A stretch of DNA of 64,000 nt from an uncultured virus (IMG/VR IMGVR_UViG_3300037067_008746) (Duplodnaviria > Heunggongvirae > Uroviricota > Caudoviricetes): IMG/VR virus record IMGVR_UViG_3300037067_008746; one strand, 5' to 3'. Within the stretch, counting starts at the first letter, position 1; every line of letters begins with the position of its first letter. The position numbers were made by a program, and so were the translations under genes. Positions 31,576-41,338 of this stretch are shown here, piece by piece. The notes beneath the pieces are model-generated. The model was not told the origin of the DNA. It worked only from the letters and a program-made list of their open reading frames with translations, and did no database searches.

Positions 31576-32022
31576 TCAGATCACCAGGCTGCTCGAAAGT
31601 CCGAGATCATCGAGTGAATCAATTCGCTTTTTAACGACAGGATTATTGATGTACTCAGATACTTCCAAATCAGTCCACTCACCGGGGGTGGCATCAAGGG
31701 AGAATTCCAAGTTTGCATTAGATGACCACAGTAACACGCCCCAAAAAACGGCTTCACCGAGCTGATAATTGATAAATTCATCGGCGGAGAGGCGGCTGGT
31801 GGCAGACGTGCCAAGGTTAGTATGAATCGTGCGATAATAAAGATAATTTTCACCAGCACCGCCGCCATGGTTCTGAATCATGAGCGATTTAGCAGGAACT
31901 TTGAAGCCCTGAGAGCTATCACCGATGAAATTACAAAATTTAACATCACCATCACCACCTTTCTGAAACTCATAGTGATCAATGCTAAACCGACCACGAT
32001 TATACTTCTTGGAAACTGCCAT
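31576..32022 (-). CDS. Putative structural beta-sandwich protein
   Basis: Operon with the capsid-like gene. Confidence 0.6.
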   Translation of the reverse strand: MAVSKKYNRGRFSIDHYEFQKGGDGDVKFCNFIGDSSQGFKVPAKSLMIQNHGGGAGENYLYYRTIHTNLGTSATSRLSADEFINYQLGEAVFWGVLLWSSNANLEFSLDATPGEWTDLEVSEYINNPVVKKRIDSLDDLGLSSSLVI

Positions 32023-32040
32023 GTAACACCAAACACCACG

Positions 32041-32397
32041 TTAGTATCTTCTGCCGAGGAACCGGAAATTGCACCAGGTGGACGCAGCACCATAACACGA
32101 AATGCCCTGACCAGGTGCAATCGGGTACGGACCAATAAGAGCATCTTCGAATGCAACGAAAGTGGACGTGGCACCGGCCTGACCAGAACCAATCTCCAAT
32201 CGACTATCACCAGCCTCGGCAAATGCATAAAAGAACTCGGCAGTGGGCGGAATTATGACGGCATGAGGGAAAGTATCATTCACGACTCGATATCCGCCAA
32301 TGTCCCTGAGTGCCTTCTCGTGGACGGTGAGAGGGCGTTTGCCTGATTGGCTGCTCTCCGGGGAGAGCAGCGGGGGATCGAGCAGAAATTCTTCCAT
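32041..32397 (-). CDS. Putative structural protein (single jelly-roll-like)
   Basis: PYPIAPGQGISC...FRFLGRRY beta pattern. Confidence 0.55.
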   Translation of the reverse strand: MEEFLLDPPLLSPESSQSGKRPLTVHEKALRDIGGYRVVNDTFPHAVIIPPTAEFFYAFAEAGDSRLEIGSGQAGATSTFVAFEDALIGPYPIAPGQGISCYGAASTWCNFRFLGRRY

Positions 32398-32409
32398 TTT
32401 ACATCAGCC

Positions 32410-33390
32410 TCACATCAGTCCAGCTTGAATTTTCTTGGCCATCGTGGGGTAATCGGTAATGATCTTCTGAGCATCAGATCGCGCGATGGGAGAATTGAAC
32501 GGGATTTCCCATTTGATGTGATCGGACACGTTGAGCTTCCTGACACCATAGGAGAATCCACACGGCACGACAGCGCCACCAGATCCAGTGGCAGACTCAA
32601 TACGCACTTCAAGTTTCTTTATGGCGGGAATGAAACATGGATAGTAGACATTATCAGTGAGCGCAGTAATGTCGAGACGCATGTAATCAGGATCATTGTC
32701 GCGATCAACGACGAGGAACGTGTCATCGGGGGTGGCGGGGAGAGGAGTGGTATCGACCATGATACCAGTAAGAACAACGAGATGAGAATTTTGGTTGGAA
32801 ACTTCAATCGCGCGACCGCCTATGATGCTTTCACTGCTTGCAGCCATTGCAGCGAGTTCCTTGTCAACTGGAATAACATCGTCAAACATTTTCGCGAGGT
32901 CAACATTACACAGAGACTGATAGTATGGAATCGTGCCAAGTGACAGGTTGTCAGCAAGGTGGACAAGCTCGGCAATCTCTTCTTCACGCGAATCGAGCGC
33001 AATATCTTCGCGCAGCTTGTCAACGGGGAGAGGTTTTCGAACGGTCATGTTCCAGTTAGAGCGCACGTTAGCAGTGGGGCCGCCAGCAGTCATAATCATG
33101 GACACATCGAGTGACTCTTTGGCCGATATTTTGTGATATCGTCGCGCATCATTTATCGTCGGAGAATCGGATCGAATGCGGGCCTTTTCAGCGGAATCGG
33201 CGGAGATAACCATGTCCATGTTCGCGGTAGCTGTGATAATTTCCGCGCGTTCGAGAGTGACGCGGCGATCAACAAACTGGTAGCCAGCGACTTTTTGCCC
33301 AAGAGTGCTGACAGACGGCTCATTAAGAGCCTCGATCAGCATCTCCGGGAAATACTTGCCCTTCGCGGGATCAACAATAGGACTAGCCAT
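32410..33390 (-). CDS. Internally duplicated beta-rich protein, candidate double-jelly-roll capsid protein
   Basis: Halves end in similar motifs: WNMTVRKPLPVDKLREDI...SLGTI and FSYGVRKLNVSDHIKWEI...QAGLM. Confidence 0.55.
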   Translation of the reverse strand: MASPIVDPAKGKYFPEMLIEALNEPSVSTLGQKVAGYQFVDRRVTLERAEIITATANMDMVISADSAEKARIRSDSPTINDARRYHKISAKESLDVSMIMTAGGPTANVRSNWNMTVRKPLPVDKLREDIALDSREEEIAELVHLADNLSLGTIPYYQSLCNVDLAKMFDDVIPVDKELAAMAASSESIIGGRAIEVSNQNSHLVVLTGIMVDTTPLPATPDDTFLVVDRDNDPDYMRLDITALTDNVYYPCFIPAIKKLEVRIESATGSGGAVVPCGFSYGVRKLNVSDHIKWEIPFNSPIARSDAQKIITDYPTMAKKIQAGLM

Positions 33391-33495
33391 AGACCACCAT
33401 AATGATACACATGGGATTTAAGGATAGTTCATAATGGTCAGTTTGATTCAGCATGACCATAATGCTTAAATATATCAACCGATCTACTGTAGTAC

Positions 33496-33753
33496 ATGGC
33501 ATTGTTGGAACGATACAAGGTACATGACCAAACCGGGTCATTCAAACTGACAATGCCGATAGAGTGGGTAAAGAGAAACGAGATAGCACACAAAGATGAA
33601 CTGGATGTAATAGTTTCAGGGGCAATAATGGTGTTGCCACCACACGAGGTGGATGAAAACGAAATGGAGGAGATCATACGAGACTTCAGGGCGATGGTAC
33701 AGATAAGAAACAAGATGAGGTCATATCAGTCAATGGCGGAGATCCGCGACTAG
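33496..33753 (+). CDS. AbrB/SpoVT-like transcription regulator
   Basis: GSFKLTMPIEWVKRNEIAHKDELDV; TATA cttaaata upstream. Confidence 0.75.
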   Translation: MALLERYKVHDQTGSFKLTMPIEWVKRNEIAHKDELDVIVSGAIMVLPPHEVDENEMEEIIRDFRAMVQIRNKMRSYQSMAEIRD

Positions 33754-33951
33754 ATCCAGATTATAAGGCAAGAGTCGAAGGATTGATAAGAGAACTTGAC
33801 GAAATATCAGCAAAACTCGTAACCGGAGAAATAACGGCATTTAAAGGTTATCATGGACCACTTGTCATCAAGCAAGGCAAGGGAAAAGTTGAAAAGCAGA
33901 CCGACATGTTGAGAATCAGTTTGGATTACAAGATAACAAAGGTGGATTAAA

Positions 33952-34410
33952 ATGGAAAACAAGGACGTAAAGAAGGCAACAACCGCAACACAGCCGACAA
34001 ACACCGCAGCCAAGAAAACAATCGCTCTGACAAAGGACGCACTGGCAAAGATGATCGAAGATGGTAAGGGACTTCGCGCGATGTCATCTGAGAGCGGGCA
34101 GTCGATCCACATGGTAAAGAAGGCTCTGGCAGAGTTCGGACTGAAAACGAAGGCGATGACAAGCTCTAAAAAGCTATCATTCGGTGCCATGAACAGCATC
34201 TACAACGCAATTGAGGGGGGATGCAAGACCGTCAATGACGTGGTGATGGCGACCGGCCTGGACAGAGACAGCGTAGTTGGCGCGATAAAACAACTGAAGA
34301 AAGGCGGAGACATCATAGACGCGCTTGCAGTGAGCAAGCCGTCTGTGTCCGCGTCTGTGGCTACACCACAGACAAGAGAAGACGTTAAGCCCTTCGTACC
34401 AGTGCAGTAA
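33952..34410 (+). CDS. HTH DNA-binding protein
   Basis: Two HTH-like segments; TVNDVVMATGLDRDSVVGAIKQL. Confidence 0.65.
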   Translation: MENKDVKKATTATQPTNTAAKKTIALTKDALAKMIEDGKGLRAMSSESGQSIHMVKKALAEFGLKTKAMTSSKKLSFGAMNSIYNAIEGGCKTVNDVVMATGLDRDSVVGAIKQLKKGGDIIDALAVSKPSVSASVATPQTREDVKPFVPVQ

Positions 34411-34419
34411 GACGAACAC

Positions 34420-34460
34420 CACCCAAATCGCCACGCGATTTGGGTGTATAGAGATTTTTT
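34420..34460 (+). terminator. GC hairpin plus T-tract
   Basis: cacccaaatcgc-cac-gcgatttgggtg...tttttt. Confidence 0.7.
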
Positions 34461-34471
34461 GGAGTAACGAC

Positions 34472-34786
34472 ATGTCAGACATGAGTTCTGAATCGAAACG
34501 AACGATTCAGGATTTGGCAATGATAGCCGAAAAGAACAAGATACGACAACATCAGTCACTGAAAAAGAAACGAGAAACGGCATCAGACGTTTTACTGAGA
34601 GCGCAGAACATTAAACATGGGGAAAAGTGTAAACGATGCTCAGTAAACTGCGCAGTAAAGCACGCGGAATCGGAAGACTTTTGGGCAGTGATTGAAGGAA
34701 CAGAACCAAAGTACACATTAGAAACGTGCCCAAGACAGGGAAAACTAGAAAAAGATAAAATCAAAATGAAGAAAAGAAAACGGTGA
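34472..34786 (+). CDS. Basic Cys-containing hypothetical protein
   Basis: CKRCSVNC. Confidence 0.6.
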   Translation: MSDMSSESKRTIQDLAMIAEKNKIRQHQSLKKKRETASDVLLRAQNIKHGEKCKRCSVNCAVKHAESEDFWAVIEGTEPKYTLETCPRQGKLEKDKIKMKKRKR

Positions 34787-35070
34787 TTGAAATGGATATT
34801 GAAGCAAAGTTTGGCGGAATCGACAGAAAGGAAGGAATGAAGACAATAAAAAAGCCAGATGGAACAAAAGTAGACGAAATGGAAGTAACCTATGTGATGA
34901 AAGCAGCCATAAAAAAGGCGAAATATGATAAAACAACGGAAAACGTCAAGGAAGGCACAGCAGATCCATGGGTAAGAATAAACATATCGAGCCTGGATGA
35001 GAACGCATTCAAGGAGTTCGAGGATGCGAATGCAGGAGATCCAATCATCATATCCGTATGCAAGGTGTAG
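34783..35070 (+). CDS. Hypothetical protein
   Basis: GGTGA RBS. Confidence 0.65.
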   Translation: MIEMDIEAKFGGIDRKEGMKTIKKPDGTKVDEMEVTYVMKAAIKKAKYDKTTENVKEGTADPWVRINISSLDENAFKEFEDANAGDPIIISVCKV

Positions 35071-35073
35071 GCA

Positions 35074-36042
35074 ATGACAAACAAACTGAGTTACACGCTT
35101 TACAGCGCACGTCTTCCAAATGAGGAAGACGTTAGACTTTTTGCGCCAGGATTGTTTCAGTGGGTGGCAGCTTTCGAGAAATATGGAAAATTTGGCAGAA
35201 TGTCACCGCATGTAGACAAACATGAACTGGAAGATAGTGATATAGTCCATGTGAACTACACGCCAACGAACGAATCATACATAGCAGCACTGAGAGAAGA
35301 GCTGGGCGAGCACTCTTCTACAAGGATAATAGCAAACGTGGACTTCGGCACAATGATGTGGAACGGGATAGACCCACTGGTGATGAAACAACAACTGTCA
35401 CTAGCGGATATGGTGTTCCACGTAGAATCGACGGGGGCACAGCGACTAGAACGATTGCTGGGAAAGAAAGTACACGTAATACCTCACCCAACGAACGTAG
35501 AAGACATCAAAAAGGGAATAAAGCCGACAGACGAACGATCCGCATCAATCACATGCCAGTACCACAGATACGCGGACACTTGGGACGTATATTACTACGG
35601 ACTGATGAACATAAGAAAAGAGTACGATCTGAGAACAATTCTGATGAATTTCGAGCCGAAGGACAAGGCGAAACCGAGGGTTCCGATAATATGTATGTTC
35701 ACAGAACTAATCAACAAGATGAACTATAGAGATTACCTACAGCTATTCGCGAACGCTTTCGTAAACGTGGACATCACATTCGACCACACATACGGTAGGG
35801 GAATCGTCGAGGCGGCGGCATTGGGCATACCGACGATAGGGAGTAACACAATAGAAGCTATGCATATACTGTGGCACGGTTTGGAAGTGGAACCGGGAAA
35901 CGATGTGATGATGGGGAGAGTGATGAGAAGACTGCTGGACGACGACGAGTTCCGAGAGGAAATGACAACGCAGGGATTCGAACGATGTGAATATTATTCA
36001 CTAGAGAACTCATATTGCAGAATGTTGGTAGCATTGGAGTAG
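35074..36042 (+). CDS. GT-B (GT4-like) glycosyltransferase
   Basis: VHVIPHP, TYGRGIVEAAALGIPTIGS. Confidence 0.85.
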   Translation: MTNKLSYTLYSARLPNEEDVRLFAPGLFQWVAAFEKYGKFGRMSPHVDKHELEDSDIVHVNYTPTNESYIAALREELGEHSSTRIIANVDFGTMMWNGIDPLVMKQQLSLADMVFHVESTGAQRLERLLGKKVHVIPHPTNVEDIKKGIKPTDERSASITCQYHRYADTWDVYYYGLMNIRKEYDLRTILMNFEPKDKAKPRVPIICMFTELINKMNYRDYLQLFANAFVNVDITFDHTYGRGIVEAAALGIPTIGSNTIEAMHILWHGLEVEPGNDVMMGRVMRRLLDDDEFREEMTTQGFERCEYYSLENSYCRMLVALE

Positions 36043-36044
36043 AC

Positions 36045-36992
36045 ATGAGAGTTTTTCTTTTGGCGGAGACTGACAACGCCCAACAGAGCTTCCTATTGGC
36101 GAAAGCAATGCGCGATCACCTGGGATGGGACGCAAAATCGATGGTGATGAAAGAAACGTACCTTAAATATCCAACAGATTGGACTATGGAAAACAATGTA
36201 GACGAAGCGGCAGAGTTCGCGAAGACGGCAGATCTGTTCATATTCCAAGACCAATTGATGACAAGCAGCAAATTGAAACTGGAAAAGTATGCAACGCATC
36301 GCAACACAATAGTAAGCGGAACCGGTTCAAGAATGCGAGCAAACATAGACGCAGTGAGGCAAGATCAGCAAGAAGGATGGGCTATTGTGCCAATGTTGTG
36401 CGACACGACGCTATCGATGAAGCTATGCGCACCACCATTTGAAAACTGGATAGTGCCGATAGAGAGGATAGACGAGCTGACAGGCGGAATATACAAGAAT
36501 GAAAAAGTATCAGTGTGTCACGCGCCGACGAAGATGGGATACAAGGGAACAGAAGAATTCGAGAAGGTTTTGCAGCCGTGGATTGCCAGTGGTGACATAG
36601 AATACGAACGAATAACAGGAGTGTCGTGGGAAGAAGCAATCAAACACAAAGCAAGACATCATATAATACTGGATTCGCTGGGTGATACACACTACAACGC
36701 AGGAAATTCGCTGGAAGGGTTGGTGCTGTGTCAACGGGTGATAAGCAACATTGATCCATGGTGCTATTGCTTGCATCCGAATCTACCAATGGCGACTACA
36801 TGGAAGAAAGACATCAAACAGATAGTAGACAGTGAAATAAGAAAGACAATAACAGACTGGGGAGAAACGAAAGTAACTAAACCATGGATAGAAGAACGTG
36901 CCGTCGGGCTGTGGTGGGTAGAACGGCATTTCAGTGCAAAAAATCAAGTCAGAAAGTGGGAGCAGTATATCAAATGGGTGATGGAAAGATGA
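36045..36992 (+). CDS. GT-B glycosyltransferase
   Basis: HAPTK..YKGT, IILD, NSLEGL..CQRVI, WVERHFS. Confidence 0.8.
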   Translation: MRVFLLAETDNAQQSFLLAKAMRDHLGWDAKSMVMKETYLKYPTDWTMENNVDEAAEFAKTADLFIFQDQLMTSSKLKLEKYATHRNTIVSGTGSRMRANIDAVRQDQQEGWAIVPMLCDTTLSMKLCAPPFENWIVPIERIDELTGGIYKNEKVSVCHAPTKMGYKGTEEFEKVLQPWIASGDIEYERITGVSWEEAIKHKARHHIILDSLGDTHYNAGNSLEGLVLCQRVISNIDPWCYCLHPNLPMATTWKKDIKQIVDSEIRKTITDWGETKVTKPWIEERAVGLWWVERHFSAKNQVRKWEQYIKWVMER

Positions 36993-37252
36993 TTCTGAAA
37001 GCAAAAATAAAATCACACTACTTGAAAGCAATTCTGGAAGGGCGAAAAACAATGGAGTTCAGGCAGTTCGGAAATGGAGATAAGATGGAGGTGACGGACG
37101 AAAACGGGCACACGACGATGTTAAGAATAACAGGAGCAAGTGAAGCAAATGAAGAACTAGATGCAGCAGTCAGAATGGCAAACAAAGACGTAATATGGGC
37201 AATGGACACGCCGATAATCGTGTTCAGGGTAGAGCCACTGGTGAAACAGTAA
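36989..37252 (+). CDS. ASCH domain protein
   Basis: IKSHYLKAILEGRKTMEFR. Confidence 0.8.
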   Translation: MILKAKIKSHYLKAILEGRKTMEFRQFGNGDKMEVTDENGHTTMLRITGASEANEELDAAVRMANKDVIWAMDTPIIVFRVEPLVKQ

Positions 37253-37791
37253 TGCCATCATCAACATTCGCCGCCATAGGACCAATTATGGCGGCCATAG
37301 AAAAAATCAAGCCGACGAGTGTGCTGGATGTTGGATGCGGTAACGGAAAATATGGATTTTTGTGCAGGGAGTACATAGAATACTGGTTACAAAAAACACC
37401 AATAATACATGGAATAGAAGTGTTTGCACCATATGTAACGAAACTGGAACGACAAAAAATATATGACGGGATATTCAAAAGCGAGGCAATAGATGAACTA
37501 GAATATATGGGAAGCAATTCATATGACGTGGTATTGGCAATAGACATTTTAGAGCACTTCAACGAAGAAGACGGAAAACAATTCATCAAAGAACTAAAAC
37601 GAGTTGGAAAAAACGTGATTATATGCACACCAACGATTGTAAAAGAGCAAGGTGCATGTTTTGGTAACAAGTATGAGATACACAAAAAACAATGGACACC
37701 GGATGAAATAGAACAAGACGGGCAGAACAGACAAGTGTTCATAGGAAGAGAGAATTTCACGATAGTAGTGATAACAGAACAAAATAAATAA
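37252..37791 (+). CDS. Class I SAM-dependent methyltransferase
   Basis: SVLDVGCGNG, YDVVLAIDILEH, ICTP. Confidence 0.9.
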   Translation: MPSSTFAAIGPIMAAIEKIKPTSVLDVGCGNGKYGFLCREYIEYWLQKTPIIHGIEVFAPYVTKLERQKIYDGIFKSEAIDELEYMGSNSYDVVLAIDILEHFNEEDGKQFIKELKRVGKNVIICTPTIVKEQGACFGNKYEIHKKQWTPDEIEQDGQNRQVFIGRENFTIVVITEQNK

Positions 37792-37798
37792 AAAAATC

Positions 37799-37821
37799 AT
37801 CCCATCGCCGCGCGATGGGAT
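37799..37821. terminator. Bidirectional GC hairpin between convergent genes
   Basis: atcccatcgc-cgc-gcgatgggat flanked by A- and T-tracts. Confidence 0.7.
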
Positions 37822-38247
37822 TCACGTTTTTATTTCAGCTTCAGGTGGGTTTACGAACCGAATAGCAAGATCAGTCTGCTCGAAGTTCTTGTCAGTGGTC
37901 ATACCAATGAGGCCGCCAATGGGAACGTCATCATGAGTAGCGTATTCCTCACCAACGAGCATAGATGTGCGAGTGATGAGATCGCGCTTGATACCATCGA
38001 GATCCTTGAGAGCATCCTTGAGGAGATCCGTCTTGAGCCTATAAGCATACTTGCGAGCTTCGTTGTCCTTGAAAGCATCGCCAACGCGATTGCTCATGCC
38101 TTCCTGGACCTCAACATCAATATCTTCAAGGACTTCAAGAACATGATTAACCTCTCGGTACATCCTTTCCTTGAACTGATTACCAACAACAACCATGATG
38201 GTACGAAGCTCATTAACAGCAGTGTTATCTCTCAAATTTTCAACCAA
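37822..38247 (-). CDS. Helical hypothetical protein in the capsid operon
   Basis: ORF track. Confidence 0.65.
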   Translation of the reverse strand: MVENLRDNTAVNELRTIMVVVGNQFKERMYREVNHVLEVLEDIDVEVQEGMSNRVGDAFKDNEARKYAYRLKTDLLKDALKDLDGIKRDLITRTSMLVGEEYATHDDVPIGGLIGMTTDKNFEQTDLAIRFVNPPEAEIKT

Positions 38248-38274
38248 TTTAAATCACATCCTAAAAAACAATCA

Positions 38275-38294
38275 CGCGCCGCTTTAGCGGCGCG
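38275..38294 (-). terminator. GC hairpin plus T-tract on the minus strand
   Basis: cgcgccgc-ttta-gcggcgcg preceded by aaaaaa on +. Confidence 0.65.
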
Positions 38295-38300
38295 AAGTAT

Positions 38301-38735
38301 TCATCCGTTTGTGGGAGCGCGGCCAGCTACAACCTCATTGACGGAGCGATAGTAGAGCTGGAACTTCTTCTTGGTAGCTCCAACCGTCATCTTGAGCGGG
38401 AACGCGGTAGCAGCCCTATCGAGTCTCATCCATCTGCCGCCTCTCTGGAAGCCAGCAATTTCGAGGCCGGTCTTGACGACACGCTGACCAACAGCACCGA
38501 ACATACCGGCACCACCAGAAGACGTGCCCCTGACGAAGTACAGGCCATCATTGCCGTTAAGCAGCCCGACCGAGAGGACAATATCATCGATGGGAGGAGC
38601 AGAATCAGGGAGCTTGATCCAGGTTCCAGCAACGCCGAAGAGAGTGCCGTAGTAATGAGAGCCACGAGCACCAGTCTCAACAAGTGTAGTTGTGACGCTG
38701 GTGATACTGGTCATGTCCCATTCAAAGAACGCCAT
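38301..38735 (-). CDS. Putative structural protein (minor capsid/penton candidate)
   Basis: GGAGGT RBS, C/G-ending codons like the upstream gene, beta-rich. Confidence 0.6.
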   Translation of the reverse strand: MAFFEWDMTSITSVTTTLVETGARGSHYYGTLFGVAGTWIKLPDSAPPIDDIVLSVGLLNGNDGLYFVRGTSSGGAGMFGAVGQRVVKTGLEIAGFQRGGRWMRLDRAATAFPLKMTVGATKKKFQLYYRSVNEVVAGRAPTNG

Positions 38736-38737
38736 GT

Positions 38738-39967
38738 TTAGACCTCCTTCTCATTGAGTTCATACCTGATGCCACGAGCATAGACACCACAGCCATCGGT
38801 GTTGGCAGCAGACCATGGGACAACTGCAACAGTTCCCTTCATCTCGATGGAACCGATTTCGTTCCAAACAAGGAATGCCTTGCCGAGTTTGGTGGGTCCA
38901 GCATACATGGGCATCGCAGGATCGCGTGTACGAGGCATAGAGAACGGATTCTTGGCGACCTGGACTTCATACATCTGCTCGACTTCACGGCCTGTGCGCC
39001 GGAGCCAGAGCCTATCTATGACACCTACAGAGGGGTTCTTGAACCCAAGATGAGTGATCTTGAGTGCGTCCCTCTTGGTGAAGTCCCAATAGAGATCCGC
39101 GAGCTTGTCCTGAACGCGCTGCTGCGCGGCAGTGTACTGATACCACTCGTTTGCAGTGGTGGTGGCCATCTGTTTAGCAAAGATGCTGTAAACATGCATC
39201 TTGGGCCTATCCTGTTCCATGCCGCCAGGAAGCTTACCCCAATGCTCCTGGGGGTCAAATGATCCCTGTTCGGGAATCATGTTCTTCATGGGATTGCCAG
39301 TAATCTTGGACCGAACGGGCATCTTCTCATGAACGGCGAGATCACCAATATCGAAGCTACAATTCATGGTGTTGCCGTCATAGTATCCCTGACCAGTGGC
39401 CGCAGACTGAACCTTCAGGATGTCCTTGACCTTCTGGACACCATTAACGCGGGCCATCCATACACGGACAGTCCAGGGCTGAGTGAGAGCCACGCCGCCT
39501 TCCGTGGCCGGAGGAGCACCTATCTCAACTTCGAGCGCCTTGCCAGGAACTACCTTGGGGGTGCATTCTTCGGGCCGACCACCGAGCAGCATGGGCAGAC
39601 CAAAGTTAATGGGAATGCCAGTGCCAGGAATACGCAGACCAACCGCGCCCAATGGATCAGGAGAACCAGCCGCGTAGCCAGGGGCAGTAAGCTCATTGAA
39701 GATCTGGTCATCCCAACCCTGGCCACCGATGAACAGCTTCACGTAGTCAGCATGTTCATATTTTCCACCAACGATACCGGGGAACACTTCAATTCCCGCA
39801 ACCTCTCCGAAAGACTCGGAGGGTAATGTGAGAGGAGTAGCCAAAGTCTGATTCTCTCCACTCATGACGTATGCAGCCGCGTTGCCGACGCGGGCATTAG
39901 CACCAACTGCGAGATTGGTGGTAGAGAAATCGAAACGATAGTCAAACGCCTCTAATAGATGGTCTAT
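38738..39967 (-). CDS. Candidate major capsid protein (double-jelly-roll-like); probable ATA start at 39967 (409 aa), first ATG at 39865
   Basis: Two beta-rich halves, C/G-ending codon preference, GGAGGT 6 nt upstream of an in-frame ATA. Confidence 0.55.
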   Translation of the reverse strand: MDHLLEAFDYRFDFSTTNLAVGANARVGNAAAYVMSGENQTLATPLTLPSESFGEVAGIEVFPGIVGGKYEHADYVKLFIGGQGWDDQIFNELTAPGYAAGSPDPLGAVGLRIPGTGIPINFGLPMLLGGRPEECTPKVVPGKALEVEIGAPPATEGGVALTQPWTVRVWMARVNGVQKVKDILKVQSAATGQGYYDGNTMNCSFDIGDLAVHEKMPVRSKITGNPMKNMIPEQGSFDPQEHWGKLPGGMEQDRPKMHVYSIFAKQMATTTANEWYQYTAAQQRVQDKLADLYWDFTKRDALKITHLGFKNPSVGVIDRLWLRRTGREVEQMYEVQVAKNPFSMPRTRDPAMPMYAGPTKLGKAFLVWNEIGSIEMKGTVAVVPWSAANTDGCGVYARGIRYELNEKEV

Positions 39968-40074
39968 TCAAATACCTCCATGAAACAGAACAATTAACAT
40001 ATATTTAAACAAAATACGATGATACCATTATACACGGAAAGAATGATATAGAGGTATGATGATATAAAGGTGAT

Positions 40075-40239
40075 ATGAAATACATGGTGAACGTAGGAGT
40101 GATGGTGACAGCCGATTACAAAAAAATGTTTCACGAGCGATGCGTGAGTAACGGGACAACAATGAGCGCAGTCATGAGAGACGCGATTGCAAAATATCTG
40201 GAATCACATCAACCAGTAGTAAGAAAAATGGATTTATGA
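40075..40239 (+). CDS. Ribbon-helix-helix (CopG/ParG-like) regulator, divergent from the capsid operon
   Basis: Manual translation MKYMVNVGVMVTADYKKMFHERCVSNGTTMSAVMRDAIAKYL...; below the ORF-track cutoff. Confidence 0.7.
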   Translation: MKYMVNVGVMVTADYKKMFHERCVSNGTTMSAVMRDAIAKYLESHQPVVRKMDL

Positions 40240-40248
40240 GGAGACGAT

Positions 40249-40593
40249 ATGACAGATAGAGTAGTTTCATGCGCATTCTGTGGAGCCAGTATAGAAACGG
40301 GGAAGGCTTGCATAGGATTCGGAATAGAGAAGCCAATAAGCGAGTCACACTACTTCTGCTCAGAAGAGCACAGAAGCGAATTCATAATAAGTGAAACGGC
40401 ACGAGAACGGGGATGCGAATACACGATAAGAAACTATCACAACGCGGGAAGAGTGATAAAACACGATGAACACATAACGGACGAAGACCTGGATGCAATG
40501 AAACGGGGTGAAATAATAACAACACTAAATGAAAAAGGAGAAAAAGGATTGGCGTTCATATTGGACCCATTTGGAGACTTGAAGGAATATTAG
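40249..40593 (+). CDS. TRASH-type Zn-finger protein
   Basis: CAFCG...YFCSEEH. Confidence 0.7.
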   Translation: MTDRVVSCAFCGASIETGKACIGFGIEKPISESHYFCSEEHRSEFIISETARERGCEYTIRNYHNAGRVIKHDEHITDEDLDAMKRGEIITTLNEKGEKGLAFILDPFGDLKEY

Positions 40594-40883
40594 AGATGAT
40601 TACCAACCACAATTATTTTCTGTTTTTTCATCCTATCCCAAACTGGTTTGGGATCAAAACCGAACCGCGACTTGTACTCATCGCGAGTGAGAGCGGGGTT
40701 ATCTGATGACACTCCTGCACCATTGATGTAAAGCACTAAACCGGTTGGATCAGTGATACAGCCGCCTGGCAATCGTTTGATCCATTCAGGGGTCTTGCAG
40801 AAACTGGCAAACTCTTCGTCACTTACACCAGTGCCAGGAAGACAATCGCATTCTTCTTTCTTGGGGGCTTTCTTAAACTTCAT
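40590..40883 (-). CDS. Hypothetical protein
   Basis: ORF packing. Confidence 0.6.
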   Translation of the reverse strand: MKFKKAPKKEECDCLPGTGVSDEEFASFCKTPEWIKRLPGGCITDPTGLVLYINGAGVSSDNPALTRDEYKSRFGFDPKPVWDRMKKQKIIVVGNHL

Positions 40884-41338
40884 ATCAACTTCTCCGTCAA
40901 TGTGACATTATGAGTGCTGCTATGTATTTCAAACACGCCGTTGGCGGCCATGCCGCCAGAGGGAAAACCACGCATCAAGAAACCAGTTTCAGTATAGGAA
41001 CGCGCTTCGAGCTTACCAGAACCAGTAGCATCGACGATGGTTCCTGCGGAATCCATTTCCGCTATGACGGAGCCATTAAAGTCGTCAAGGCGGATAAAAT
41101 AATCGGGGGAGAAGAACGAATACGATCCAGATCCAGTGACATTAAGACCACTTGAAAATCCACCAGGATACGTTTCCGCACCATACTCAATAATTCCAAT
41201 ACCAGAAGCTCTGTCACCATCATGCCAGGTATCAAAATAGCCAGTACCACTGAATTTCTCGCTAATCTCGGCTGAAGCCGAGATAAGGAGAAACAAAAAA
41301 ATAAACAAGAATTTAATCATGGACATCATAACCAACAC
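40880..41338 (-). CDS. Secreted Gly/Ser-rich beta protein
   Basis: Signal peptide. Confidence 0.7.
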   Translation of the reverse strand: MLVMMSMIKFLFIFLFLLISASAEISEKFSGTGYFDTWHDGDRASGIGIIEYGAETYPGGFSSGLNVTGSGSYSFFSPDYFIRLDDFNGSVIAEMDSAGTIVDATGSGKLEARSYTETGFLMRGFPSGGMAANGVFEIHSSTHNVTLTEKLI

